The notes beneath the pieces are model-generated. The model worked only from the letters and a program-made list of their open reading frames with translations, made no database searches and was not told where the DNA came from. The position numbers and the translations under genes are program-made. A DNA stretch of 63,940 nucleotides, the filler included, from Octopus bimaculoides (Eukaryota), in the NCBI RefSeq assembly GCF_001194135.2. It is 4 parts of 4 records of this genome, joined end to end, with 100 filler letters (N's around TTAATTAATTAA, not from the genome) between each part and the next. Parts side by side here need not be neighbours in the genome. Positions count along the whole stretch, not along the records: positions 29,774 to 55,657 come from NC_068985.1; 3 more parts are not named here. One strand, 5' to 3'. This document shows, one piece after another, positions 39,851 to 52,005 of this stretch. Positions within the stretch are counted from its first letter, which is position 1. Every line of letters starts with the position of its first letter.

Positions 39851-40530
39851 TATCTTTTATCTTTTAGTCTGTTTCAGTGATTAGATTGCGACCATGCTGG
39901 GGCACCGCCTTGAAGAAAATTATAGTCGAATGAATCCACCTCACTACTTATAATTTTTTAAGCTGGTACATATTCTATCATTCTCTTTTTTGCCGAACCT
40001 CTTTGTTGCGCAGACGTAAACAAAACCAACACCAGTTGCTAAGAGGTGGCGGAGAACAAGCACAAACACAAAGACAGACAGACAGACAGACAGACACACA
40101 CACACACACACACACGATGAGATTCTTTCAGTTTCCTTATTTCATTATTGCCCACAAGAGGCTAAACATAGAGGGGACAAACAAGGACAGACAAAGGGAT
40201 TAAGTCGATGACATCGACCACAGTGCGTAACTGGTACTTAATTTATCGACCCCGAATGGATGACAGGCAAAGTCGACCTTGGCGGAATTTGAACTCAGAA
40301 CGTGAAGGCAGACGAAATACCGCTAAGCATTTCGCCCGCCGTGCTAACGCTTCTGCCAGCTCGCCGCCTTTCGGTCTCTTCCAGATTCTTTCGATTTCCG
40401 TCTACCAATTTCACTCACAAGGATTTAGTCGATCCGAGGCTATAGAAGGAGACACTTGCCAAGTTGACACGCAGTGGAACTGAACCCGGAACCATGTAGC
40501 TGGAAAGCAAACTTGTTAGCACATAGCCAT
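39851..40530 (-). mobile_element. SINE S3 split by a nested S1 insertion
   Basis: S3 3' half at 39851-40136 and S3 head at 40383-40530. The junction 17-mer is duplicated. Confidence 0.75.
40137..40370 (-). mobile_element. SINE family S1, nested in S3
   Basis: Reverse strand ggcggcgagctggcagaagcgttagcacgg...gagttcaaattccgcc. Confidence 0.85.
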
Positions 40531-41290
40531 TCTTGTAATAAAAAATCTAATGATAACGCAAAAATAATTCTTGAGACTGACTTCATTTTAGTAGATACCA
40601 ATTTCTCTTGCTGTCTTTTGAATAAACAAATCATATTACATTGAAAATAATCTCCATTTACTTGAGATAGAGTATTCCCAAAATTCTGCCATTTACTTAG
40701 ACCTGGACATAACCCATCACTTGATATTTCTTGTTGATCATCGAACTGTCGAAGTGTCCTCTTGATTGCTATCCATTCTAAGAGATACAGATCAAAAATA
40801 CAGTTCTCTGCATTTAGAAGAACTTAACTGTAGAAAAAAATAAGCTTTATCTTCTTGCATCTTATTTTCTTTTTTGCCTCGAGTTGGTTAGATCTCTCGA
40901 AAATATTCCCAAATAGCATTATAACATAAAATGAAGTTAATATTCGATATTGGTGATTCAACATCTTTTGAGAAATGCGACGAGCAGCACCTCCATTAAT
41001 TTGATTTCCAAAGAAAACTGCAGTGTTTTTATTTAATCATCTGAGAATATGGGCTAAGAGTAAGCGATGACGTCATTAGTCACTAGATTGCAATACTTGG
41101 AGAGAAAATACCACGTGACAATTCATTTCCGGGAGAAATATTGGTTGAAGAAGGCGGGTTGTTTATCAACACATTTCACTCTTGGCTCCAGAAGGGAAGT
41201 TTAAACTATTATTGAGCTTTGATTTTACTCAAAACTTGCACTTGCTCATTTTGTATTTAGAATAAGAACTCGTTACCAGTTCAAATAAGT

Positions 41291-41597
41291 GGTTGTTGTT
41301 GTTGTTGTTTGTTCCTTCTCGAGCCATTTCTGGCTCATAAGGGCCGGTTTCCCGGTTTCATTGGCGTATAGGTTCCCCACCTAGACGGGACGCCGATCTG
41401 TCTCACGTGAGCTGCTAGATGCAGGAGGAGAGAGTGAGAGAAAGTTGTGGTGAAAGAGTCAGCAGAAGTCCGCCATTATCTTCTGCCAGAGCTTAAGTGT
41501 TTCGCTCATAAATACACACATCGCTCGGTCTGAGATTCGAACCCACGATCCGTTGATCGCGAGTCCGCTGCTCTAACCACTAAGCCATACGCCTCCC
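41291..41597 (-). mobile_element. S2-related SINE with a different 3' tail
   Basis: Shares the tRNA head and the gagtgagagaaagttgtggtgaaagag block with S2. The tail is unrelated and ends in (CAA)n. Confidence 0.75.
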
Positions 41598-42599
41598 GTT
41601 CAAATATGCTCCAGGCATATTTGAACTCATAAGAAAGCCACTCACTGCGTTTTGTCATGGAGAAAATTTCTCGCTGTAGGCAAAAAGGTGTAAATCCACC
41701 GAATCAGGCCACAGTTCCTTTTTAGAAGAATGATCAGCGCCTCCTTAGAAGGATGAAAGGTTCATAATAATTAATATAAACTTCCGGTGATCAAGGCTTC
41801 CAATAAGGGATCAAAGAACAACTTCCTCTACTAACGTTTGTCACACTATACCATCGTCACTTTTAGGTTTCGGAAGAAGTGAGAATAAATTGAAAAAGCA
41901 TTTTCTGTAAATGGAAAAAGTACCTTTCTTTGAACTATGTTCTCTGTACCAAATTGAGTTGTAGTTTTATGCATTTTTTTAAATATTTAGGTTTATCATT
42001 TTTTAAAATGAGTCTTTGAAGAACAATAAAATTTCAACTCAACGTGTCTAGACCCTTACTATCTCGCCGCCTGGGTGAGATAGTAAGCTTTTAGATGTTC
42101 CGATTGTAATTAGGTCATTTAACAATCAATTTCCTTTGTCTAAAATTTGCACTCTTCAGATGAGGAATCAATGACTATCCATTGTTATACATTTCTAAAT
42201 CCAGTTATACACACACACACTCTCACACACACTCACATATATTTACACATACGGCATTTCAAGCCCTACTGATATTATTGATAACCGGTGCTCACTGAGC
42301 AATGACATTTATCGACATCAAGTGCACAGCTTGTATGCCTCTCCAATTTCTCTCTCTCTCAATTCATCTTCGCACGCACACACACACACACACACATAAA
42401 TTCAGAAATTCGTGTCGTGTTCGAGTACTTAATTGAAAGCTATTGTATTATAGTTTACACAAAGAAAACGAGAGAAATAAGATAGAAAATCCGATGTTAA
42501 ACGTGTAGAATGTCCATTGGATACATTTCTCTCGCTAAATATATCATCATCTCAACTTCAGAAAACCATGTTTATTCTTTGTGTTTGTCCAGATCAAAT

Positions 42600-42750
42600 A
42601 ATCCTATGATCAGCTAAGCCGGGGTTTAGACTACATTGTTTAACGTATACTCTCTTCTAAAACAGGTGTGGTTTTGAAGAAGATCTGGTTACTACTTCAA
42701 GCAAAAACCAACAGCCACGTAGAGGTCCTCTCGTTGATCTTTAGTTAACA
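42600..42750 (-). repeat. R4 repeat copy
   Basis: ggtgtggttttgaagaagatctggttactacttc...ccacgtagaggtcctc. Confidence 0.55.
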
Positions 42751-42917
42751 TGTTGCTGTGTATACCTTGGTTATCTCTGATACTTCAATGATAATATCAT
42801 ATGTTGGGGAGGAACCCAGGACTGCCGTATTTAATTCGTTCTTCCTGTAGGATTCGATGTCAACTAATCTTAGGTGCCATCTGCATCAAGTCGAACGACA
42901 TTGGTCCATGAGACAAT

Positions 42918-42920
<3 letters not shown>

Positions 42921-42997
<77 letters not shown>
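42921..42997. repeat. (GT)n microsatellite
   Basis: Directly visible. Confidence 0.95.
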
Positions 42998-42999
<2 letters not shown>

Positions 43000-43044
43000 A
43001 CTACGTGTATGCGTGTGTCGGTGTCTCATATAAATTGTTGCTAT

Positions 43045-43275
43045 TCAGTCCTGACCGAACAAACCTTTGATCAAAAGCTCTCCAGACGTGACAGTCTTGT
43101 TCATTAAAGATGTCTTCCCCTGATTATATAATCTAACATTTCCTTCCTACATTATTTAAGTAACGGGGCATAATATGGAGGAAATTTGGTTGGTTTTCTC
43201 ATCAGGTTCGATGATGATATAAAGGGTCCCTCAATGTGAGCAACGGGTCCTGACGGTCCAAGGCAACCATTCCAT
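43045..43275 (-). repeat. R4 repeat copy, near full length
   Basis: cagtcctgaccgaacaaacctttgatcaaaag...ggaggaaatttggttgg...aggttcgatgatg...agggtccctc. Confidence 0.55.
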
Positions 43276-43620
43276 TTTGAAAGTAATCTGGTTACTCTGA
43301 CTTTCATATACCTCCCATGAACGCCAGCAGTGTTAGTGGATTCACCTTGGAATCGAACTCAGCTTGTTGTAGTTACGTTTTTTATTGTCATAATTATTAG
43401 TTATTGTTGCAGTTAGGCACTTCTTGTGTTCACCCTCCTATTGGTAATGCACTTCCTGTTCATACCTCTCGGTTGTTTATTGTTTCCGTTTTCAGTGTTG
43501 TTTAATGACTCAGGTTCACACTGATCGAGCAGATCCGTTAACAAAGGCGTCCAGCCGTGACCATACCGTGGAATACATTGTCTAATGCAGTATTCCTCAT
43601 AGGGAGCTGTATCCGTTTCA

Positions 43621-43940
43621 AGAGCGGTGAGTTCAAAAATTGTCGCCGGGGTCGACTTTACCTTCCATCCATTCGGGAACGATAAAATAAGTACCAGTAG
43701 AGAACTGGCGTCGGTGTATTTGACTTACCTCCACCCCACCTGAACTTACTGGCTTTGTGACAGATTCTGGAACCAATATTAAGATAGTCTCCGGTCAAAA
43801 TGCTTTGTAGTATTTCATTCGTTTTTATGTTCTGAATTCCAATTTTGCCGAGGTCGATTTGCCTTTCATCCTTTTGAAGTCAATAAAAAAAAGTACCAGT
43901 TAAACACTGGGGTCGATTTAATCGACTCACCCGTCCCCTA
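43621..43940 (+). mobile_element. Two tandem diverged S1 SINE copies
   Basis: Two successive gtcga(c/t)tt...ccttcatcc...gtaccagt blocks. Confidence 0.7.
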
Positions 43941-43969
43941 TCACTTTTTAATTGTATGTATATATATAC

Positions 43970-44196
43970 GTGACACTCCGTCGGTTACAACGACGAGGGT
44001 TCCAGTTGATCCGATCAATGGAACAGCCTGCTCGTGAAATTAACGTGCAAGTGGCTGAGCACTCCACAGTCACGTGTACCCTTAACGTAGTTCTCGGGGA
44101 GATTCCGCGTGACACAGAGTGTGACAAGGTTGGCCCTTTGAAATACAGATACAACAGAAACAGGAAGAAAGAGTGAGAGAAAGTTGTGGTGAAAGA

Positions 44197-44200
<4 letters not shown>
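43970..44200 (-). mobile_element. SINE S2, 3' half
   Basis: Highly similar to 35265-35495. Confidence 0.85.
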
Positions 44201-44235
<35 letters not shown>

Positions 44236-45559
44236 GGAGTAAGCACATGAAATGTGCAACAAGGTGGAAAAAAGAGTACTCAAATACCAGATATATATAT
44301 ATGGTGGCCTTGTGCTGAAATTTGAAAGCAATATACTTGTTGGTATATTATGGTTGCATAACGGAAGACTTGAAATTCCAGGCCTTGTGCAAAAGTTTGA
44401 ATCCAATATATGTGTATCTGTGTGTATGTGTGTGAGTGTTTGCGCGTGCGCGTGTATTTGTGTGAGATGGTATTTGTCAAATCAACGACTGATTTTTTTC
44501 ATCTCTGTTTAAAAATCTATGGCTTGGTTTGAATGCTGACAGTTCGAACGAAAATGGTTAAGTACCGCTTTGTTAATTGGTTCAGGCTTGTCTTTGTTGT
44601 TGCCGATAGCAATGTTACAGTTGTTGTTGTTTGAAGTCTCCCCTTTTCCGTAGTGAAACAACAAACAGCAAAGACGGAGAGCTTCTAACAGTGCAGTAAG
44701 AGAGAGTTATAGAACCTTTATTCAGTTCAAGCGCAAAGAATCATTATCAGAAGCGAAAGGTCTCAAGAAATGTAAGATTCTACCGTATTGATTGCCGTAC
44801 AAGCAGTGATCTTGGCAATGGGCGAATGTAGTACCGACAGCAGTTCTCCAAAAATGCTGTTGCAAGTGACTGTAGAGGACATATTGGAGGCGGTGGTGCA
44901 GGTATCCCTTTTGTATTCGACTGGGTGAAATTCAAATATTTTGCTACTATTTCTAGCAGTAATTGTTAACTCATAAAGTTTACTTTTGGGCACAGCTTCT
45001 CCTGCTCTTCATTCCTTCATTGTGTCTTTGTTATCGCAGCATCTAGTGTTTCCGTTAACAATAGCGAACTGTACAAAGGCCACCAACCACACCATCCCTT
45101 CTGCCTATTACAACTCTAAATATTAAGTATTCACATGAATACAGGTTTACAATATTAAAAAAAAAATTTCTCTCTTCATTCATCGGATTAGAAATAAAAT
45201 AATTTTACTTGCAAAATGAAAACATCTCTTTCCCGCTTCCTTGCAACTTTTATTTTAAAACGAAAAACAGGAAAATGAAATCACGTTTGTTGTTGTTTAA
45301 TACTTCTACAGAACGACCGGAAATGGATCACAGTTTTCTTGATGCAACAAACAATGACAGAGGAAAACAAATAACGAAAAAAATACAAAATCGCACCCAC
45401 CTCCACCATCCATTGGAAAAAATAAAGACAGACAATTGGGAAAACAAACGAATATGTCAGTTTTTTATTTTTGTATGATGTCACGCATTTCCACGTTTGC
45501 TGTGAGTTTTTTTTAAGTGAATCAAATTCAATATATTGCTGAATCTTCTACAAGCCATT

Positions 45560-45662
45560 AAATGCGCCTGTATATCGTCGCTCATCCAGTTAGAAATAGC
45601 AGCTAAATTCTGTTCCAACCACATATTTCCACTAAAATGATATATTGCATACTGTAAACGCT
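45560..45662 (+). repeat. R4 repeat fragment abutting H1 copy C
   Basis: gtcgctcatccagttagaaatagcagctaaattc. Confidence 0.55.
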
Positions 45663-45668
45663 TAAGAA

Positions 45669-45866
45669 GTTTCTATATTTAAGAGATGAGGAATTATTTA
45701 CATTATTTACATTTGACGGATATTTGTCTTCATCTTGTTTGTTGTTAACACAACGTTTCGGCTGATATACTCTCCAGCCTTCATCAGGTATCTTGGGGAA
45801 ATTTTGAACCTAAGTTCTTATCCTAAGGTATTTTTCGATGTTATTATTATTATTATTATTATTATT
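45669..45866 (-). mobile_element. H1 element copy C (no head; linker+HHR+tail)
   Basis: Reverse complement of the 33975-34222 module. Confidence 0.85.
45747..45792 (-). ncRNA. Minimal type I hammerhead ribozyme, copy C (core intact)
   Basis: gatac-CTGATGA-a-ggctg/gagagtatat/cagcc-GAAA-cgtt-gtgtt. Confidence 0.85.
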
Positions 45867-45875
45867 AAAATATGA

Positions 45876-46157
<282 letters not shown>

Positions 46158-46160
46158 CCT

Positions 46161-46470
46161 TAATAAGTTTGCTCCCCAGTTACAAGGGTCCGGGTTCAGT
46201 CCCATTGCGTTGCACCTTCGACAAGTATTTTCTACTATAGCGTCGGGTAGACCAAATCTTTGTGAACGGATTTGATAGACGGAAACTGAAAGAAGCCTGT
46301 CGTACTGCGTCTGTGTGTCTTTGTGTCTTTATTTGTCTTTCCACCGCTTGTTAACCTATGTTACAGTGTTTACGTCCCCATAACGTAGCGGTTCGGAAAA
46401 AGAGACTGATAGAATAAGTACCAGGCTTAAAAAAACGTATGTACTGGTATTCGACTAAAAATTCTTGAAA
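46161..46470 (+). mobile_element. SINE family S3, diverged
   Basis: gggttcagtccc...gacggaaactgaaagaagcc...gttcggaaaaagagactgatagaataagtacc. Confidence 0.8.
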
Positions 46471-46905
46471 GTCCAAATCGAATCCAGTGGCATTTAAAAT
46501 TTAAACCAGAAAAAAATGTCTTTACTAAATTTCATTTCTGTCAATCCACCGCTTCCCCTGCAGAAAGATGACGATTAGAAAGTTGTTGATTGAAGGACTC
46601 ACAACAAAGCTGAGGCCTTTCACCAAATTCTATAAATTATTATTATGATTCTCAGCAGAGAAAATTATTTGCAGTTCTTAGTTACCTGCCTTGCATTTCG
46701 ATTTCAAATCCTTTCTGGATCGAATCTGCTTTAAATATTTTGGGACTTGATAAAATAAGGATCACATGGACACTAGGTGGTTTTACTAATCGACGAAGAC
46801 CACACAAACACATAGACTCACAAACACACGCACATATGCACACTCAAACACACACAAGATAACAATTAGTGGTCTCGAGCCTATAACAGAAATTATAATT
46901 ACGGT

Positions 46906-47130
46906 TGAGGCGGTGAGCTGGCAGAAATGTTAGCACGCCGGGCGAAATGCTTAGTGGTATTTCGTCTGCCGTGACGTTCTGAGTTCAAATTCCGTCGAGG
47001 TCGACTTTGCCTTTCATCCTTTCAGGGTCGATAAATTAAGTACCAGTTGAGTACTGGGGTCGATATAATCGACTTAATCCATCCCTTTGTCTGTCCTTGT
47101 TTGTCCCCTTGTGGGCAATAAAGAAATAAG
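46906..47130 (+). mobile_element. SINE family S1, young copy
   Basis: aggcggtgagctggcagaaatgttagcacgccgggcg...gtgggcaataaagaaataag. Confidence 0.9.
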
Positions 47131-47439
47131 AAATTATAACTACAGTCTATAACGGCAAGGTGCTATGAAAGATTTTGTAATGTTCTTTTAAACTCTGGCA
47201 TCAAATTTCAGCGAGGCCTGACTTCATATCCTATAGAGTATCTTTTATCAGTAAATTTTTCTAGTTTCTGAGTCAATTTAATCGACTTTACAAATCTTGA
47301 GCAATAGGATCAAAATCCTATTAAAATCTTCGTGATGTTGGCTGTAAAAACATGGATCACTGCTATAACATTAATTACGAGTCTTGAGTAGTAAACAAAA
47401 TGGAAACTACATTGATTACAACAATTACATTCCTGATTA

Positions 47440-47650
47440 AAGCGGCGAGCTGGCAGAATCGTTACTGTGCCTGAAAAAATGCTTAGTGGCATTTTGCCCG
47501 TCTTTAATGTTCTGAGTTCAAATGCCAACTTTGCCTATCATCTGCCTTTCATGAAGGATAACATTAAGTACCAGTTGCGTACTGGGGACGATTTAATCGA
47601 CTTAAGCCCTCCGTCCGAAATTGCTGGCTTGAGCCAAACATTCTAAACCA
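47440..47650 (+). mobile_element. SINE family S1
   Basis: gcggcgagctggcagaatcgtt...gagttcaaat...gtaccagttgcgtactgggg. Confidence 0.8.
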
Positions 47651-49319
47651 GTAATCACGATTCTGATTACTTTGACGGAAACCATTTGTTCTATTAAAAT
47701 TGTTTTAAGCCTAATTCTGACATTGCGTGACTCTACAACCATTCTGTAGTCACCACATTCCCGTTTACCACTATTGTAGTATATTAAGTGGAAGCAGTGT
47801 AGGTATTAATTAAGCTTTTGGGAATCTTTAACAAGTAGTACTTGTTGCAGTGCCGCTGGTGGTTGCATGGTCGAGGCTGATTATTACACCAATCCACCCG
47901 TTTCACAGCCAAATGAAGAAACGGCTTTTGACATCGTAAATTGACAGATCGCTAAATTAGTCACTACATCCACTGAAAGCCGCTGTCATACATATCTCTC
48001 CGAGGACATTAACATTTGATAGTTCGCTCCTAAATAGATGTTTGTTCAATTAAATAGTGTTAAAGTAAGTAAAGATTTTCATACCAATGTGTCGGACATT
48101 ATGATAAATTACGCACATAGACACAAATATAGGGTTGTCAATCAAACGAGAAATATTTAAATATCGCATCAGTTAGCAGTTATTAGACTTTGAGGTTCGT
48201 TATAGATGCATCATACTATGAAAAGTCACGACGAAATCTATGTTTATTCAATCACAGGAATATATTATGTGTATATATATGTATATANNNNNNNNNNNNN
48301 NNNNNNNNNNNNNNNNNAAATGCTAAAATAATTTTATTATGAAGAACATTTTAGTACTGATTTCAGGCTTTGTGACTTTTTCAACTTAGAGTAAAGCATG
48401 GAAAACAATTAAATTGTGGAAAAATGAAATAAAATGTTGTTTTAAAATATATCTGCATATTCATAAGAGTAAGTTATCCAAAACTTCAATATAAATTACA
48501 AATACATACATGGAATATGAGAATCGTGCAGAGAGATTATCGTACAAGGTGGCAGACTAATCTTTATCAAGACACAGTAGTATATAATATTGAAATGAGT
48601 GGTCCTGTGTGATTTTGGCCGTGGTGGTTAAAACAATATAAAAGTCTAAAGAATTATATGAACTTAAACTTCACAGGGAGTTCATAATTTAATTTAAGTA
48701 TAAATTTTCTGTGAAGTTTCCTTTCCTACTAAGTATATTGCCCGTAATGTCGCTTTAGCCGATTATGTGTATATATGAAAGTCGTTCCCACTGAGATTTA
48801 CTGCAATGAAAAGATAATCTGTTGGAGTTCAACGACCTGCTATTAATTACACTCGTAATTACCATAGATTTAATCTTAAATATTTATACATCAATTCTCA
48901 ACCTGAATACATGGATATAGAAATTTTTTGCTCAATGAAATATGCACCTCATTCATAGCTATTCTAAAAACAGCTGTACGAGACTTTATGCATAACTTCT
49001 TAATCACTTATTTACTCTAGAAAAAGCTCTGAAATTGTGTTTCAGTTATAAATTACATCCTCTAAAGTGATATCACATGTTTCACTTGTGTTAATTCTGT
49101 CATTCCTTATTTCTTTTATATATATATATATATACATTGCAGATTGGAGCAATCTCGATTATAACCAGCCGAAATTGCAAAGATAATTCGGAACTCTACC
49201 GAGGAAAGAAAACTCCGAATGACCCGTCCTAGTTTTCTTTGTATCGTCTATATGGATGTTTTGTTGTCCCTTTCTTGTATCACCTAACTGTTTGGATGTT
49301 TTGCGTTCTTGTCCCATTT

Positions 49320-49356
<37 letters not shown>

Positions 49357-50471
49357 NNNNNNNNNNNNNNNNNNNNNNNNNNNNNNNNNNNNNNNNNNNN
49401 NNNNNNNNNNNNNNNNNNNNNNNNNNNNNNNNNNNNNNNNNNNNNNNNNNNNNNNNNNNNNNNNNNNNNNNNNNNNNNNNNNNNNNNNNNNNNNNNNNNN
49501 NNNNNNNNNNNNNNNNNNNNNNNNNNNNNNNNNNNNNNNNNNNNNNNNNNNNNNNNNNNNNNNNNNNNNNNNNNNNNNNNNNNNNNNNNNNNNNNNNNNN
49601 NNNNNNNNNNNNNNNNNNNNNNNNNNNNNNNNNNNNNNNNNNNNNNNNNNNNNNNNNNNNNNNNNNNNNNNNNNNNNNNNNNNNNNNNNNNNNNNNNNNN
49701 NNGGCGATATTTATGGCACACATAGAACAAAAAACCGGAGGGAAAAGCGTAAACAAGCCAAGCTTTTAGTTAATTGGATACGAATCGTTTCATGGTTAAG
49801 TGAATAGAAATTTCACTATTCCAATCTTCAGCCTCAATATTCTGATAAATTTGAAAGTGTCTCTAAAAAAAATTCACGGTAATCTTTGGCCATGCGACAC
49901 CAAAAATCAACGATAAGAAAGGCACTTACGAATTCATCGGCTAGCGAGTTCAGGCACCTCACCTCAAAGAAATCTATTCCATGTGCGTCACAAATATATA
50001 TATATATATGTATGTGTGTGTATATGTTTGTGTGTCTGTGTCCCCCAGCATTGCTTGACAACAGATGCTGGGGGTGGGGGGTGGACAAACATTATCCATT
50101 ATCCAAAGAATGTGCTGAAATATTCTCAAAGGGATCTTGTAGTATAAATGAAAATTTGAAATTTTCTCAAAATTTCATTTACACTACAAGATCTCTTTGA
50201 ATGAACTGCACATGGAATTTATACCTGCACATTATCCATTGCTAATAGGAAAATATGAACTCCTATCGGAATTTACATTCCATGGAAAACAAGCCATTTT
50301 ACTCATTCTACAAAACACATTCTTCGGATAATGGAATCGCAAGTTTAACATCCAACATATATCTTTATTTTTATTCTCATATTTTCCTTTATATTTCTTG
50401 TATCTTTCCCTTTCCAAAATAATTTCTTATATTGAACTCTACTCTTTCCTTCTATTCAACTCTCTCATATC

Positions 50472-50519
50472 GTCTCTGATGGTGGGATATCTTTCATATC
50501 CCTGCAACGGCTGTAAGAC
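50472..50519 (+). ncRNA. Degenerate minimal hammerhead ribozyme (second family, PLE-type)
   Basis: gtct-CTGATG(g)-t-gggatat/ctttc/atatccc-t-G(c)AAC-ggct-GTA-agac. Stems I and II are perfect; the core has two substitutions. Confidence 0.6.
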
Positions 50520-51958
50520 AACCCTTCACTTTATAGATGTCCTAGAAATTTCACACTGCCTTAGCTCAGTTGTCTCATTCTATTTAACCTATACACGCTC
50601 ACACATGACCCGCATTAGACTCCTCACTCATACTATTATCGAAACGGGAGTTTAACAGCAGTCCTTCCGTGGCACTTACATAGCCTCACTTGCCTTTTGG
50701 GTCTTCTGGATACCTAAACATCACTCATATTATACATACATACATACATACATACATGCATACATACATACATACATACATATATAATATAGATTTAATC
50801 AAAAGATTAAATGTGGTACTTAAAATATTTGAGGCACCAGAATTTGGTAGGATAAAAACCAAAAACAAAATCAAGAGATTTGGTGAATAAAGTTTGAAGT
50901 TAAGCAACAAAAATTCAATAGGTTATAGCAGAACGTACGTTTCGTACAAGCTCCATTTATTCATGTAGTGAGAACACCACAGAAAATACAATGAAAATGT
51001 ACTCCTCAGCTGCATAATGGAATTTCATTTTAGAAAGTCATTTTGAAGATGTTTGCAAAAAACAAGAGTAAGAGANNNNNNNNNNNNNNNNNNNNNNNNN
51101 NNNNNNNNNNNNNNNNNNNNNNNNNNNNNNNNNNNNNNNNNNNNNNNNNNNNNNNNNNNNNNNNNNNNNNNNNNNNNNNNNNNNNNNNNNNNNNNNNNNN
51201 NNNNNNNNNNNNNNNNNNNNNNNNNNNNNNNNNNNNNNNNNNNNNNNNNNNNNNNNNNNNNNNNNNNNNNNNNNNNNNNNNNNNNNNNNNNNNNNNNNNN
51301 NNNNNNNNNNNNNNNNNNNNNNNNNNNNNNNNNNNNNNNNNNNNNNNNNNNNNNNNNNNNNNNNNNNNNNNNNNNNNNNNNNNNNNNNNNNNNNNNNNNN
51401 NNNNNNNNNNNNNNNNNNNNNNNNNNNNNNNNNNNNNNNNNNNNNNNNNNNNNNNNNNNNNNNNNNNNNNNNNNNNNNNNNNNNNNNNNNNNNNNNNNNN
51501 NNNNNNNNNNNNNNNNNNNNNNNNNNNNNNNNNNNNNNNNNNNNNNNNNNNNNNNNNNNNNNNNNNNNNNNNNNNNNNNNNNNNNNNNNNNNNNNNNNNN
51601 NNNNNNNNNNNNNNNNNNNNNNNNNNNNNNNNNNNNNNNNNNNNNNNNNNNNNNNNNNNNNNNNNNNNNNNNNNNNNNNNNNNNNNNNNNNNNNNNNNNN
51701 NNNNNNNNNNNNNNNNNNNNNNNNNNNNNNNNNNNNNNNNNNNNNNNNNNNNNNNNNNNNNNNNNNNNNNNNNNNNNNNNNNNNNNNNNNNNNNNNNNNN
51801 NNNNNNNNNNNNNNNNNNNNNNNNNNNNNNNNNNNNNNNNNNNNNNNNNNNNNNNNNNNNNNNNNNNNNNNNNNNNNNNNNNNNNNNNNNNNNNNNNNNN
51901 NNNNNNNNNNNNNNNNNNNNNNNNNNNNNNNNNNNNNNNNNNNNNNNNNNNNNNNNNN

Positions 51959-52005
<47 letters not shown>

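Noticed and set aside
21435-41117. TGACGTCA (CRE) palindromes at 21435 and 41068, with CACGTG at 41112
   Set aside because: Short motifs occur by chance in 64 kb, and no associated transcription start is evident.
49140-49322. Repeat-like segment with ccgagga...gaa, possible PLE pLTR/HHR
   Set aside because: No valid A-U closing pair or stem I can be drawn, and there is no second copy in the window to support it.
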